Below are positions 29,354 through 38,633 of a stretch of 64,000 nt of DNA, piece after piece. Positions within the stretch are counted from its first letter, which is position 1, and each line of letters begins with the position of its first letter. Source of the stretch: Spirochaetales bacterium (GTDB taxonomy: Bacteria > Spirochaetota > Spirochaetia > JABEVK01); NCBI GenBank assembly GCA_947478845.1, contig CANJXC010000007.1:49939-113938 (forward strand). The letters are read 5' to 3'. Made by a program: the position numbers and the translations under genes. The notes under the pieces are model-generated. The model worked only from the letters and a program-made list of their open reading frames with translations. It was not told the DNA's origin and made no database searches.

Positions 29354-29782
29354 ATGCTGGTCAATTTTATTTGGGTGGCGCTGGGTGGGGCCCTGGGCTC
29401 GGCCGCTCGCTATGGCCTGAACCTGACGCTCAAGGACTGGAAACTCCCGCAGACTTTAGCGGTGCAAAGCAATGGTCTAACTTCGGCCGTGGCTCTCCCA
29501 TGGGGCACCCTGGGAGCCAATGTGTTGGGATGTTTTCTGATAGGCCTATTCACCGAGTGGGCAGGCTCAAAGGTCGGCATGAACACGGAGACCAAACTTT
29601 TTCTCACTACGGGGTTTTGCGGGGGATTCACCACACTTTCTACCCTGATTTTGGAAATCTCAGATTTTCTCCGCGACCGTGAGTGGGGCTGGGCCGTGAT
29701 TTACCTGATTGCCTCGCTAGTATTGCCATTTTTTGCCTTGTGGCTGGGTCTAGGCCTAGTGAAGCTGATTTCCCAAGAATGA
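29354..29782 (+). CDS. crcB: Fluoride ion channel CrcB
   Basis: Four transmembrane segments and the GFCGGFTT motif. No fluoride riboswitch is visible upstream; the upstream gap is only 3 nt. Confidence 0.85.
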   Translation: MLVNFIWVALGGALGSAARYGLNLTLKDWKLPQTLAVQSNGLTSAVALPWGTLGANVLGCFLIGLFTEWAGSKVGMNTETKLFLTTGFCGGFTTLSTLILEISDFLRDREWGWAVIYLIASLVLPFFALWLGLGLVKLISQE

Positions 29783-29796
29783 ACTGGCGCTGGGCA

Positions 29797-29828
29797 TAAA
29801 AAAGCCACCCCGAAGGATGGCCTTTCCT
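29797..29828 (-). terminator. Intrinsic terminator of the RRM gene (minus strand), also placed downstream of crcB
   Basis: Minus-strand RNA reads GCCAUCC-UUCG-GGGUGGC followed by U6. A second perfect 9-bp AU-rich hairpin (AAAGGTTAG-caata-CTAACCTTT, 29877-29899) sits immediately after the stop codon. Confidence 0.5.
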
Positions 29829-29904
29829 GACATGGCGCCAAAGTTAAGCTGCCAAACCCATAGGTTCGACGAGCCTAAAGGTTAGCAATACTAACCTTTA
29901 CAAA

Positions 29905-30198
29905 CTACCAGCGACCGCCGCCACCGCCGCCGCCAGTGCTTTCGCGGCGGGGTTTGTCGTTGGCTTCGTTGACGCGAAGCTGGCGACCGTCCATTTCCTG
30001 TCCGTTCATGCCCGAGATGGCGGCATTGGCGGCTTGGTCACTGCCCATTTCCACAAAGCCGAAGCCTTTGCTGGAACCGGTGTAGCGGTCCATGACGATG
30101 TTGGCCGAAACCACTTCGCCGAACTGGGCAAAGCCGTTGCGGAGAGTGTCTTCGGTGGTGTGGTAACTGAGGTTACCAACGTAGATTTTTTTGGCCAT
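29905..30198 (-). CDS. RRM-domain glycine-rich RNA-binding protein
   Basis: RNP2 (IYVGNL) and RNP1 (KGFGFVEM) motifs. A C-terminal GGGGGGG tail. Confidence 0.85.
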   Translation of the reverse strand: MAKKIYVGNLSYHTTEDTLRNGFAQFGEVVSANIVMDRYTGSSKGFGFVEMGSDQAANAAISGMNGQEMDGRQLRVNEANDKPRRESTGGGGGGGRW

Positions 30199-30214
30199 TT
30201 GATGGTCCTTGGTT

Positions 30215-30260
30215 CTGGAACTTCAGGTTCCAGTTGTTAGTTCGCTGATCAACGATCAGC
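30215..30260 (-). promoter_or_regulatory. Two tandem perfect hairpins in the 5' leader of the RRM gene
   Basis: CTGGAAC-ttcag-GTTCCAG (30215-30233) and GCTGATC-aac-GATCAGC (30244-30260), 17-62 nt upstream of the start. The AAGGA Shine-Dalgarno follows directly. Four GATC sites lie within 45 bp. Confidence 0.35.
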
Positions 30261-30379
30261 CCTTTTCCGTGCTTTGGGCGATCAGATCAAGAAGCGAACT
30301 AACGTTTCCAGAAAACAGTGCCGTGCGGTGGGAAAAGATTCGATTAGTCCTTCCGGATGAATCATCTTTAGAAACAATA

Positions 30380-30395
30380 GGGGCAATGTTGCCCC
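30380..30395 (-). terminator. Putative terminator hairpin downstream of the MFS gene
   Basis: GGGGCAA-tg-TTGCCCC inverted repeat, followed on the minus strand by a U-rich stretch (UAUUGUUUCU). Confidence 0.3.
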
Positions 30396-30530
30396 ACGTC
30401 AAGAGCAAGATTCTGAATTCCCATAAGAATACCTCTATTTTCTGCTATTACGACAAAATAACTTGCGCTTTAATGGGGTAGTCGCCTCGAAATGGCGATG
30501 TCTGCCCCTTGGACCGGCCGAAGTCAACCC

Positions 30531-31916
30531 TTACGCTGGCTTGGAAGGACCGCGGGATAAAGAGGCTACGATACCTAGAGAACACAGAACTGCCGAAACA
30601 CCGAACCCCCAGTGCTGGGCCGCCAAAAACCCTTGCGCTGTAGAGGGTTCCACCTCAGCTTTTCCCAGAAACAACGACAACAATACGAGTGCCAGGGCCA
30701 TGGATACCATCTGCCCCAATACGCGCATCGTCGCAACCGTGGCCGAAGCCAGACCCAAATCGTGCTGTTCGACGGATCCCATGATGGAATTGGTGTTCGG
30801 CGAAGAAAAAAGAGCAAACCCGAGCCCCACCAGAAACAGCGCCACTAGGATAAACAGAATTGGTGTTTCTGTGTCCAAGAAGGCAAGCCCCGCCAAACCC
30901 AATGCGGTGACCCCCATGCCCACCGAAGTGAGCAACCGCGGGGATATTTTGTCGGACATTCGCCCCGTGAACAAAGAAAACAGGGACTGGGTGAGAAACT
31001 GCACCAGAAGTACCAGCCCAGCAACCGAGGGAGTCATTCCGCGAACGACCTCGAGGTATAAACTGAGAAAGAAGGCCACAGAAAACGTGGCTGAGTAGCT
31101 AATTGCAGCTGCCAAGTTGGAAAAAGCAAACTCACGGTTTCTGGTAAACAGGGTCACCGGGAGAATCGGGTGGGTCAATTTGGACTCAAAGACCAAGAAC
31201 CCTGACAGAAGGGCCAACCCGCCAACTAAAAGACCGACGCCAAGAGGTTGGGGTAGATCGGAAACACCGAGAAGCAGCAGGGCAAGACCGGCTGCATACA
31301 GCAGAGAGCCGGAAAGGTCAAAAGCTCCGTGGTTGCCCCTATCGTTGCCGCCAAGCCGAGTGATGATGAGCAGCACCACAGGAACGCTGAGGGCAGTATG
31401 GAGCCAAAACAAACTTCGCCAGCCCCAAGCCTGGGTAATTAGCCCTCCGAGGGCGGGACCGAGCGAAATACCCAAATAGATCAGTGCCACGTTGATGCCC
31501 AAAATACGGCCCCGTTCTTGGGGAGGAAAAGCAGCAACCAAAACAGCGGTGACCGTACCAGTGGCCATTGAGGAGCCGATTCCCGTGAGTGCGCGCGCCA
31601 CAATGAGCCACCCTACATCGGGGGCCAAGGAGGACCACAGGCTGCCCAGCAGCGTCACAATCATCCCCAACGAAAAAATCAGCTGGCGACCATAAAGATC
31701 TCCCAGCCGACCCAAGGGCATAATCAACGCTGCTGAAGTCAGCACAAAGGCAGTGACAACCCAGTTGAGAGTAATTCCAGCAAGGTGATATTCGCTACCA
31801 ATCAAAGGGAGTGCCACGTTCACCGACGAGGCGCTGAAACTCGAAAGAAACGCCGCTGCCGTGGTGATGAACAAAACCAGATTGGGGGAAGGTAGGGTTG
31901 TTGTGGTCATGAACAC
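30531..31916 (-). CDS. MFS transporter, DHA2 (14-TMS drug:H+ antiporter) family
   Basis: Motif A GRLGDLYGRQ. 461 aa with about 14 predicted transmembrane helices. Confidence 0.85.
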   Translation of the reverse strand: MFMTTTTLPSPNLVLFITTAAAFLSSFSASSVNVALPLIGSEYHLAGITLNWVVTAFVLTSAALIMPLGRLGDLYGRQLIFSLGMIVTLLGSLWSSLAPDVGWLIVARALTGIGSSMATGTVTAVLVAAFPPQERGRILGINVALIYLGISLGPALGGLITQAWGWRSLFWLHTALSVPVVLLIITRLGGNDRGNHGAFDLSGSLLYAAGLALLLLGVSDLPQPLGVGLLVGGLALLSGFLVFESKLTHPILPVTLFTRNREFAFSNLAAAISYSATFSVAFFLSLYLEVVRGMTPSVAGLVLLVQFLTQSLFSLFTGRMSDKISPRLLTSVGMGVTALGLAGLAFLDTETPILFILVALFLVGLGFALFSSPNTNSIMGSVEQHDLGLASATVATMRVLGQMVSMALALVLLSLFLGKAEVEPSTAQGFLAAQHWGFGVSAVLCSLGIVASLSRGPSKPA

Positions 31917-32225
31917 TCCTCGCCCTACCAGCTCATCGAAAGTTCGTACATGATGAACAGCGAACCGTTGGGAGTATAGGAGAACAAAAGCGTTGGGAAC
32001 AGAGGGACTCCCTCCGTACCTTAACCGCGCCCGTCAGTGTGTCCACAGTGGCCTTCGCAGAGGTCTTTTGCAACCACTTCGAGAACAACCCTCCGCCCTC
32101 TTACCAGCCTTTGGCGGAAGGCCAATCTTGGTAGTCGGCGTTGGCCAAACCTACAAGGGTTTCGGCCACAGACCGAAAGCCACGAAGTGTATGCGTAATT
32201 CTCTCACAGGTGCACCTCAAGTGCG

Positions 32226-33431
32226 CTACTTCCCGGCAGGAACCAGCTTGAGCACACGGCCGCGCGGGTTGTCGGTGAGCAGGTAAATCGCGCCCTCTGG
32301 CCCCACCTCCACCTCGCGCACGCGCTCGCCGAGTTCGGTTAATAGGCGCTCTTCGCCCACGACTCTCCCCTCTTGCACTACGAGCCGGTCAAGGTGCTCT
32401 CCTCGTAGCCCACCAACAAACAGATTTCCTTTCCAACTGGGGAATAGGTCGGCCTGGTACAAGGCCAAGCCCGAAGGCGCAATCACCGGATCCCAGTAGT
32501 ACACCGGTTGCTCCAGCCCTTCCTGCCGCGTTAGTCCCTTGCCAATCGGAAAGCCCGAATAGTCGATGCCGTAGGTGATCACGGGCCAACCGTAGTTTCG
32601 CCCTGCCACGGGCCGGTTCAGCTCGTCGCCGCCCCGGGCACCGTGCTCCACCTCCCAAAGCGTTCCCGTCGCGGCGTCGAACGTCAGGCCCTGGGGGTTG
32701 CGGTGGCCCAGCGACCAGATTTCGCCTCGGGCACCGGCTACCCCCACAAATGGATTATCGGGCGGGATCTGCCCGTCAACCGTAATTCTGATAAGCTTGC
32801 CCAAGTCGCTGCCTAAGTTCTGAGCCTCATCGCGCGACCCAAAACGGTCGCCCACGCTGACGATGAGCGTGCCGTCGCCCAAGAACGCCATCCGTGACCC
32901 GACGTTGGTTGTACCCACGCGTGACGGTTCGGCGCGGAAAATCACCCTCCCTTCGACCAACGCGGGGCCCGAGGTCTCATCGAAAGTTGCCCGATACACC
33001 GAAATGCCCGAACCAAACGCGCGGGCCTCGTGGTAGGTCAGGTAAACACGGTGGTTGGCGGCGAACTGCGGATCGAGGACGATGTCGAGCAACCCTGCCT
33101 GACCCGAGGCCAACACCTTGGGGACGCCCGGCAAAGGAACCGAGAGCGAGCCGTTTGAGTTAAGTACACGTAAACGCCCTGGTTTCTCGGTCACGAGCGC
33201 TCTGCCATCGGGAAGAAACGCTAAACCCCAAGGGGACTCGAGACCTGTGGCGACCGAAACCACCTTGTAGCGTTCGGTGGAAGGTGCGGCGTTGACGCGG
33301 GTCTGGCCAGGAAATGCGGGGGCTTGGCCTCTGGCTTCAGGCGGGTAAGTTTCTACCGGCCCGGGTTCGGCCGCGAGTGCCAGCGCGACAAACCACGCAA
33401 CCACGGCCCAAGTGTTTCGAATCGTCACCAT
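32226..33431 (-). CDS. PQQ-dependent soluble sugar dehydrogenase (glucose/sorbosone dehydrogenase family)
   Basis: Signal peptide. Six-bladed beta-propeller GSDH-family motifs (LESPWGLAFLPDGRALVTEKPGRL). Confidence 0.8.
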   Translation of the reverse strand: MVTIRNTWAVVAWFVALALAAEPGPVETYPPEARGQAPAFPGQTRVNAAPSTERYKVVSVATGLESPWGLAFLPDGRALVTEKPGRLRVLNSNGSLSVPLPGVPKVLASGQAGLLDIVLDPQFAANHRVYLTYHEARAFGSGISVYRATFDETSGPALVEGRVIFRAEPSRVGTTNVGSRMAFLGDGTLIVSVGDRFGSRDEAQNLGSDLGKLIRITVDGQIPPDNPFVGVAGARGEIWSLGHRNPQGLTFDAATGTLWEVEHGARGGDELNRPVAGRNYGWPVITYGIDYSGFPIGKGLTRQEGLEQPVYYWDPVIAPSGLALYQADLFPSWKGNLFVGGLRGEHLDRLVVQEGRVVGEERLLTELGERVREVEVGPEGAIYLLTDNPRGRVLKLVPAGK

Positions 33432-33464
33432 CGTTTTCCTCCGCTTGCTCCCAAAGTTGTTTCC

Positions 33465-34640
33465 TCAGTGACAATTCTCGATCACTCGCACGAGCAGAAC
33501 GCCCTCTATGGCTGCCAACTCCTGTTTGAGGTGGGTGGCAATTTCGCCCGATACGTCGATGATGTTGTAAGCCACTTCGCCCTTGTTCTTATTGAGCATG
33601 TCGTCGATGTTCAACTTGTGCTTGGCCAGTATGGTGGTCACCTGGCCGATCATGTTGGGCACGTTTTTGTTGGCGATAGTGAGGCGGGTTTTACCCGTGG
33701 GGGCCATCTCGGCGGCGGGAAAGTTCACACTGTTTCTGATGTTGCCACGCTCGAGGAACTCACGGAGTTGGTCGGCAGCCATGATGGCGCAGTTGTCCTC
33801 GGCTTCGGGGGTACTGGCGCCGAGGTGGGGAATGGCCAGAATGTTGTCTATCCCCAACAGGTCGTCTTCCGGGAAGTCAGTGACGTAACCACCGAGCCGA
33901 CCCGAGGCCAGTTCGGCCTTGAGCGCGGTGTTGTCCACTAAGCCCGAGCGGCTGAGGTTGATGATGCGGGCGCCCTTTTTGGTGCGGGCCAGACATTCCT
34001 TGCTGAAAAGCCCCTTGGTTTCGGGAGTTAGAGGCACGTGGATGGTGATGAAATCGCTTTCCGCCACCAGGGCATCGAGGTTGGTGGCCTTGCGCACGGC
34101 GGTGTTCATCTTCCAGGCTGCCTCGACGCTGATGTAGGGGTCAAAACCGATCACCTTTACGCCAAGTGAGTTGGCAGCGTTGGCGATCATGACGCCGATG
34201 GCGCCCAACCCAATGACACCCAGCGTTTTGCCTTCGATTTCAGGACCAACGAACTGTGCCTTACCTTTTTCGACTAACTCGGGCACCTCATCACCTTTGC
34301 CCTTGAGGCTCTGGCTCCAGCCCAGGCCCTGTACGATGCGGCGACTCGAGAGCAGCATGGCGGCGATGACAAGTTCCTTGACGGCATTGGCGTTGGCGCC
34401 CGGGGTGTTAAACACCACGATGCCCTTTTCGGTGGCGGCCGGAATTGGAATGTTGTTGGTACCGGCACCTGCGCGCGCTATGGCCAGCAGGGTGGTGGGC
34501 AGTTCGAAGGTATGCATGTCTTGGCTGCGGACAAGGATACCGTCGGGATGCCCAAGCTCGCTGGCGGTTTCGTAGGATTCGCGGGGCAGGCGCTCGAGTC
34601 CGCAGGCGGCGATTTTGTTCAATGTCTGGATTTTAAACAT
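33465..34640 (-). CDS. serA: D-3-phosphoglycerate dehydrogenase
   Basis: 2-hydroxyacid dehydrogenase fold with GLGAIG NAD motif and a C-terminal ACT-like region. Confidence 0.85.
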   Translation of the reverse strand: MFKIQTLNKIAACGLERLPRESYETASELGHPDGILVRSQDMHTFELPTTLLAIARAGAGTNNIPIPAATEKGIVVFNTPGANANAVKELVIAAMLLSSRRIVQGLGWSQSLKGKGDEVPELVEKGKAQFVGPEIEGKTLGVIGLGAIGVMIANAANSLGVKVIGFDPYISVEAAWKMNTAVRKATNLDALVAESDFITIHVPLTPETKGLFSKECLARTKKGARIINLSRSGLVDNTALKAELASGRLGGYVTDFPEDDLLGIDNILAIPHLGASTPEAEDNCAIMAADQLREFLERGNIRNSVNFPAAEMAPTGKTRLTIANKNVPNMIGQVTTILAKHKLNIDDMLNKNKGEVAYNIIDVSGEIATHLKQELAAIEGVLLVRVIENCH

Positions 34641-34653
34641 GGGTGCATTCTCC

Positions 34654-35745
34654 TCAGTTGTTTTTCGTTTCGAACTCTTTCAGGAAGGCCACGAGTTTTT
34701 CCACACCGGCAATAGGCATGGCGTTGTAGATGCTGGCGCGCATACCACCCACAGAGCGGTGACCGGCCAGATTAACCAAGCCTGTGGCTTCGGCTTCCTT
34801 GACGAACTTCTTGTTCACGGCCTCAGCCACCTCGGGGTCGGCCACGCGGGTCAGGAAAGGCACGTTCATTAGCGAGCGGTCGGCACTTTCCACGGGGCTG
34901 CAAAAGAACTTCGACTGGTCGAGATATCCATAAAGTAACTCGGCCTTCTTCTGGTTCGCTGCAAACAGGGCCTTGGTTCCGCCGGTCTCTTGAATCCACT
35001 CCAGAACCAGCTTGACGATGTAAATCGCGTAGCAGGGTGGAGTGTTGAACATCGAGCCGTTGTCGACGTGCGTCTGGAAACTCAGCATGGCTGGCAAGTT
35101 TGCGGGAATGCGGGGCATCAGGTCTTTCTTAATGATGACAAGCGTAACGCCGGCAGGGCCAAGGTTTTTTTGCGCGCCGGCATACACCAAGGCGAACTTA
35201 CTGATATCGAGTGGCTCGCTCAAAATACCCGAGGAGATGTCGGCGATGAGCGGAACCTTCGTGTCGGGGATTTTGTGGTATTGAGTGCCCTCAATAGTAT
35301 TGTTATACGTGATATGCAGATAGTCAGCTTCCGGGTCGGCGCCAGTGATGACGGGCAAATAGCTCCACTTCTTGTCCTTCGATGAACCGACAGTATTCGC
35401 TTTGCCCAGTCTGGTCGCCTCTTCGATGGCCTTGATGGCCCAAGCCCCTGTGAGCGTGAAGTCGGCTTTCTTGTTCACGGTCATGAAGTTGAGGGGAATC
35501 ATGTGGAACATGAGGCTCGCGCCACCTTGCAAAAACAAGACATGGTAATCTTCGGGTACGTTCATCACTTCGCGCACCAAGCGCTCGGCACCGGCGATAA
35601 TGCTCTCGTAAGCCTTCGAGCGGTGGCTCATTTCCATCACCGACTGGCCCGTGCCGTCCCAGTCGAGCATTTCGGCAGCGGCCTTGGCTAAGACTGATTC
35701 GGGCAACATGGACGGCCCGGCAGAAAAATTATGCACTCGCTTCAT
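34654..35745 (-). CDS. serC: Phosphoserine aminotransferase
   Basis: Canonical SerC N-terminus (HNFSAGPSMLPESVL). PLP-fold class V. RBS GGAGGGAG. Confidence 0.9.
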   Translation of the reverse strand: MKRVHNFSAGPSMLPESVLAKAAAEMLDWDGTGQSVMEMSHRSKAYESIIAGAERLVREVMNVPEDYHVLFLQGGASLMFHMIPLNFMTVNKKADFTLTGAWAIKAIEEATRLGKANTVGSSKDKKWSYLPVITGADPEADYLHITYNNTIEGTQYHKIPDTKVPLIADISSGILSEPLDISKFALVYAGAQKNLGPAGVTLVIIKKDLMPRIPANLPAMLSFQTHVDNGSMFNTPPCYAIYIVKLVLEWIQETGGTKALFAANQKKAELLYGYLDQSKFFCSPVESADRSLMNVPFLTRVADPEVAEAVNKKFVKEAEATGLVNLAGHRSVGGMRASIYNAMPIAGVEKLVAFLKEFETKNN

Positions 35746-35818
35746 CAGGAAACTCCCTCCGGAAGGTTAACCCCGGTGAACTGAAGATAAACAACCGGTG
35801 GAAGTGTGTCGAGTTTAC

Positions 35819-35836
35819 CTGTGAATAAATTCACAA
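35819..35836. promoter_or_regulatory. Near-consensus Rex operator upstream of serC-serA
   Basis: CTGTGAA-TAAA-TTCACAA matches 17/18 positions of the Rex box TTGTGAAnnnnTTCACAA. It lies 74-91 nt upstream of the serC start and is adjacent to a putative -35/-10 (TCGACA-17-TATCTT on the minus strand). Confidence 0.5.
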
Positions 35837-35854
35837 CTTGCCGATTTCGGCAAG
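35837..35854 (-). terminator. Short hairpin downstream of the EVE gene (possible terminator)
   Basis: CTTGCCGA-tt-TCGGCAAG inverted repeat, followed on the minus strand by an A/U-rich stretch. Confidence 0.3.
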
Positions 35855-35864
35855 TTGCTCAAGG

Positions 35865-36335
35865 TCAGGAAGCCGAAGCTGGCCGTAAAGAGTTCACAAA
35901 GGACCATTCCTCGGGAGCTACTGGTGTAATCGAGAGGCGGTTACCCCGCTGGAGCACCACCATAGAAGCCAGTTCCGGGAAGGACCGAAGTTCCGACAAA
36001 GGAATCAATTCCCATTTGCGTTGGAGTGTGACGTCCACTTGGAACCAACGCGGCGCCTCCCGCGTTGCCTTGGGGTCGAAATAGTCACTTTCGGGGTCGA
36101 ACTGTGTGGGGTCGGGATAGCTTTCGCGGCTCACGCGCACGATGCCTGCGATGCCCGGCAGAGGACAACTGGAATGGTAATAAAACACCAAGTCTCCGAC
36201 GCGCATCTGGTCGCGCATGTAGTTGCGAGCCAGATAATTGCGTACACCATACCAACCTACGGTCTGGCCCGAGTAACTCTCGAGGTCGTCTACAGAGGTA
36301 ATAGAGGGTTCAATTTTCATCAGCCAAGTGTTCAT
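35865..36335 (-). CDS. EVE (PUA-like) domain protein
   Basis: MNTWLMKIEP...VGDLVFYYHS: typical EVE-domain N-terminus and core. Confidence 0.75.
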   Translation of the reverse strand: MNTWLMKIEPSITSVDDLESYSGQTVGWYGVRNYLARNYMRDQMRVGDLVFYYHSSCPLPGIAGIVRVSRESYPDPTQFDPESDYFDPKATREAPRWFQVDVTLQRKWELIPLSELRSFPELASMVVLQRGNRLSITPVAPEEWSFVNSLRPASAS

Positions 36336-37114
36336 TCCGCCAAGAGTTTCTGAATCAAGGCTTCGTCCTCGACGACGGTGTCAGACGCCCGGATAATGCC
36401 TTTTTTGTCGATGAGAAAACCGTGGGGAATCCCGGTGACTCCGTAATCTTCGATCTGCACTGTACCCCAGTCTTTTCCTTGCGGGCCATTCTGAGCCACC
36501 AGACTAGGAAAAGTCAGCTTCAACGAGGCTGCATTCTGTAGAGCTTTGGCTGCATCACCTTCGATGTTGATCCCCAAAACCTGCAAGCCTTTGCCTTTGA
36601 ATCGTTTGTAAAGAGCTTCGGTACCGGGCAGGGCGTTCTGGCAGGGTCCACACCAACTGGCCCAAAAATCAAGGAAGACAACCTTGCCCTTCAACGACGA
36701 AAGTTTCACCTTGGTTTTACCATCTAAACTGGGTAGCTCAAAATCGGGTGCAGGGTCGCCAACCACAGGGTTCCAGCTCATCGTTCCTTTTACCGGATCA
36801 CTTTTGACAAGGCGGCCGTCAGGGAAGCTGAACTGGTATTGATTGACGGCATACCGGTAGACTTCCGTGCCGTCGGACAAACCGAGGCCTTGCCAGCCAC
36901 TTTCTTTGTTTTCATAAACCGCATTTCCGTCGGCGCCGAGGTACTCGATCCAACCGTTGGCGTAGTCCTTAACCAACTTCAAGCCCGCTGAAGGGAAGGT
37001 TTTGCCGTTGTATTGTTTGACAATTGCCAACTGCGAGGCGGACGGTTCGGCAAAAACAGGAACTCCCAGTGAAATCAAAACTGCCATTAGTAAAGCAATC
37101 ATCCAGTGGTGCAT
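36332..37114 (-). CDS. TlpA-like thiol:disulfide oxidoreductase (thioredoxin fold) with an N-terminal secreted domain
   Basis: WCGPC active site (FWASWCGPCQ). Signal peptide. Confidence 0.75.
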   Translation of the reverse strand: MHHWMIALLMAVLISLGVPVFAEPSASQLAIVKQYNGKTFPSAGLKLVKDYANGWIEYLGADGNAVYENKESGWQGLGLSDGTEVYRYAVNQYQFSFPDGRLVKSDPVKGTMSWNPVVGDPAPDFELPSLDGKTKVKLSSLKGKVVFLDFWASWCGPCQNALPGTEALYKRFKGKGLQVLGINIEGDAAKALQNAASLKLTFPSLVAQNGPQGKDWGTVQIEDYGVTGIPHGFLIDKKGIIRASDTVVEDEALIQKLLAE

Positions 37115-37138
37115 AAACCCTCCGTAAGTACTGTGACA

Positions 37139-38032
37139 TTATACTCGAGAATCTGACTGGCGAAGTGGATTCTGTTTATAAAAGCGCATCAGAAGATCAA
37201 AGACGCCCGGGTACTGTTTTTTGAGCACCTGGGGAGTCTCAAAAAACACCTCGCTGCACACCGCAAAAAACTCTCCCGGGTCGGTGGCCGCATACGGGTC
37301 GATAGCCAACTGCGCCTCAGCCTTTCGCCCCAATCGTCGCGCCTGGCGTTCCAGGTCGGTAAAGGCCAAAGTGAACACGGTCTTCCATTGTTCAAAATCC
37401 ATGTCGGAATGCAAAGGCGGGCAACCGTCGACCCCTCCATTGCGGGCATCGAGCTTGTGCGCCATTTCATGGATCACCACGTTGTAGCCCTCACCCCAGC
37501 CTGAGTCTTCGATATCGCGCCAGCTCAGAATGACCGGACCAAGGGGCAAAATCTCTCCGCCGAGTTCCTCGTTGGTTTCGTGCACCAAATGGCCGTCTGG
37601 CGTGAGCATTTGCTCCTTAAACTCTTTTGGTACAAGGATCAAGGTGCTCCAGTCGTTATACCAGTCGATTCCCAGTTCAAGCACCGGGAGGCAGGCCTGC
37701 ACGGCAAGGCTGGCCTTTTGAAACTCGTCGAGGGACAGACCTCTTACCAGTTCAAACTGCTTTTCGGCAAGAAAAATTGTCGTGAGGTCGCGCAGGCGTG
37801 ATTTTTCACCGTAGGTGAGGCGAGCGAGAATCGGGTGTTGAACCAGAAGCTCGCTCCATAACTCCGCGTTCAGGGGTTTTGTAGCTAGGAGCTTGCGACG
37901 GCGGGCATTTCGGAAGTAGGACAGCGTTAAGGCACCCTCGGCAAGGTTTTCATAGTCCTGTGAAGACTCCTCGTTCTTCAAGCCACACCTGCCGCCGGTT
38001 GAGCCGGAGCACGGAAGACGCGTAATTGACAA
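37139..38032 (-). CDS. mtfA: MtfA-like zinc metallopeptidase (M90 family)
   Basis: HEMAHKLD zinc motif. Extended colinearity with E. coli MtfA (LPVLELGIDW, AATDPGEFFAVCSEVFFETP, YKQNPLRQ). The start is uncertain. Confidence 0.75.
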   Translation of the reverse strand: MSITRLPCSGSTGGRCGLKNEESSQDYENLAEGALTLSYFRNARRRKLLATKPLNAELWSELLVQHPILARLTYGEKSRLRDLTTIFLAEKQFELVRGLSLDEFQKASLAVQACLPVLELGIDWYNDWSTLILVPKEFKEQMLTPDGHLVHETNEELGGEILPLGPVILSWRDIEDSGWGEGYNVVIHEMAHKLDARNGGVDGCPPLHSDMDFEQWKTVFTLAFTDLERQARRLGRKAEAQLAIDPYAATDPGEFFAVCSEVFFETPQVLKKQYPGVFDLLMRFYKQNPLRQSDSRV

Positions 38033-38633
38033 TTCGTTTCACACCCCCTTGCACAAACCGCTCGGCGACTTTCTGCGCTTCCATTGCGGGAACCAACAGG
38101 ATGGCCGCTTCGAGTCCGAGCCTGAGGCTCACCCGTGTGATGTCAGTGGTGGGCCAAACAGGGAAGTTCACCTCCAGCTGTTCCAGGCGGTTGGCCCGCG
38201 AATCGAAGCCGGCCAGAAGTTGGTAGGGGCTGTCCGTACGAAGGATCAATTCGTCGGCAAGGGACAGTCCCCAGTCGCTCAGGCCGGCGACAGCGGTTCT
38301 GAGAGGTTGCCGGGGAGTGGGGTGTAAATAGGTTTCTATCCTCCGGGCCAGTTCTGCTGGTTGATAGGCTGATCCCCCCGTGGCGGCCTCGCCAGCCCTC
38401 ATAGGACACCAGGAAAGGTCTTTTCTCACGGTTGCGGCGGTGGTTCCCAGCCAGCGGGCCAGTTCATTGCTGGTCACCGTGTCGCGGTGGAGGGCCACCA
38501 AATCACCGAGCATCGCCTGCATGAGGCCTAAGCGTTCGATTGTCGCAGGTGACGGTTGTGGCTCGGTATTAAAACGCGGTGTAATGCAGACCCCACTTGT
38601 CGTAAAGATCCAGAACCTCTTTCTTCTTGCCAA
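37950..38633 (-). CDS. Rex-like redox-sensing repressor paralogue with a degenerate dinucleotide-binding motif
   Basis: Winged-helix region with VRKDLS. C-terminal LLVPAMEAQKVAERFVQGGVKRIVNYASSVL parallels Rex (LTVPREAAQ...GIKGILNFAP). The GxGxxG is replaced by AVAGLSDWG. It overlaps the MtfA gene; the start is uncertain. Confidence 0.5.
   Translation of the reverse strand: MARRKRFWIFTTSGVCITPRFNTEPQPSPATIERLGLMQAMLGDLVALHRDTVTSNELARWLGTTAATVRKDLSWCPMRAGEAATGGSAYQPAELARRIETYLHPTPRQPLRTAVAGLSDWGLSLADELILRTDSPYQLLAGFDSRANRLEQLEVNFPVWPTTDITRVSLRLGLEAAILLVPAMEAQKVAERFVQGGVKRIVNYASSVLRLNRRQVWLEERGVFTGL

Noticed and set aside
29340-29360. Looked for a fluoride riboswitch upstream of crcB
   Set aside because: crcB starts 3 nt after the preceding gene, and the region upstream of that gene (28671-28708) is only 38 nt with no riboswitch-like structure.
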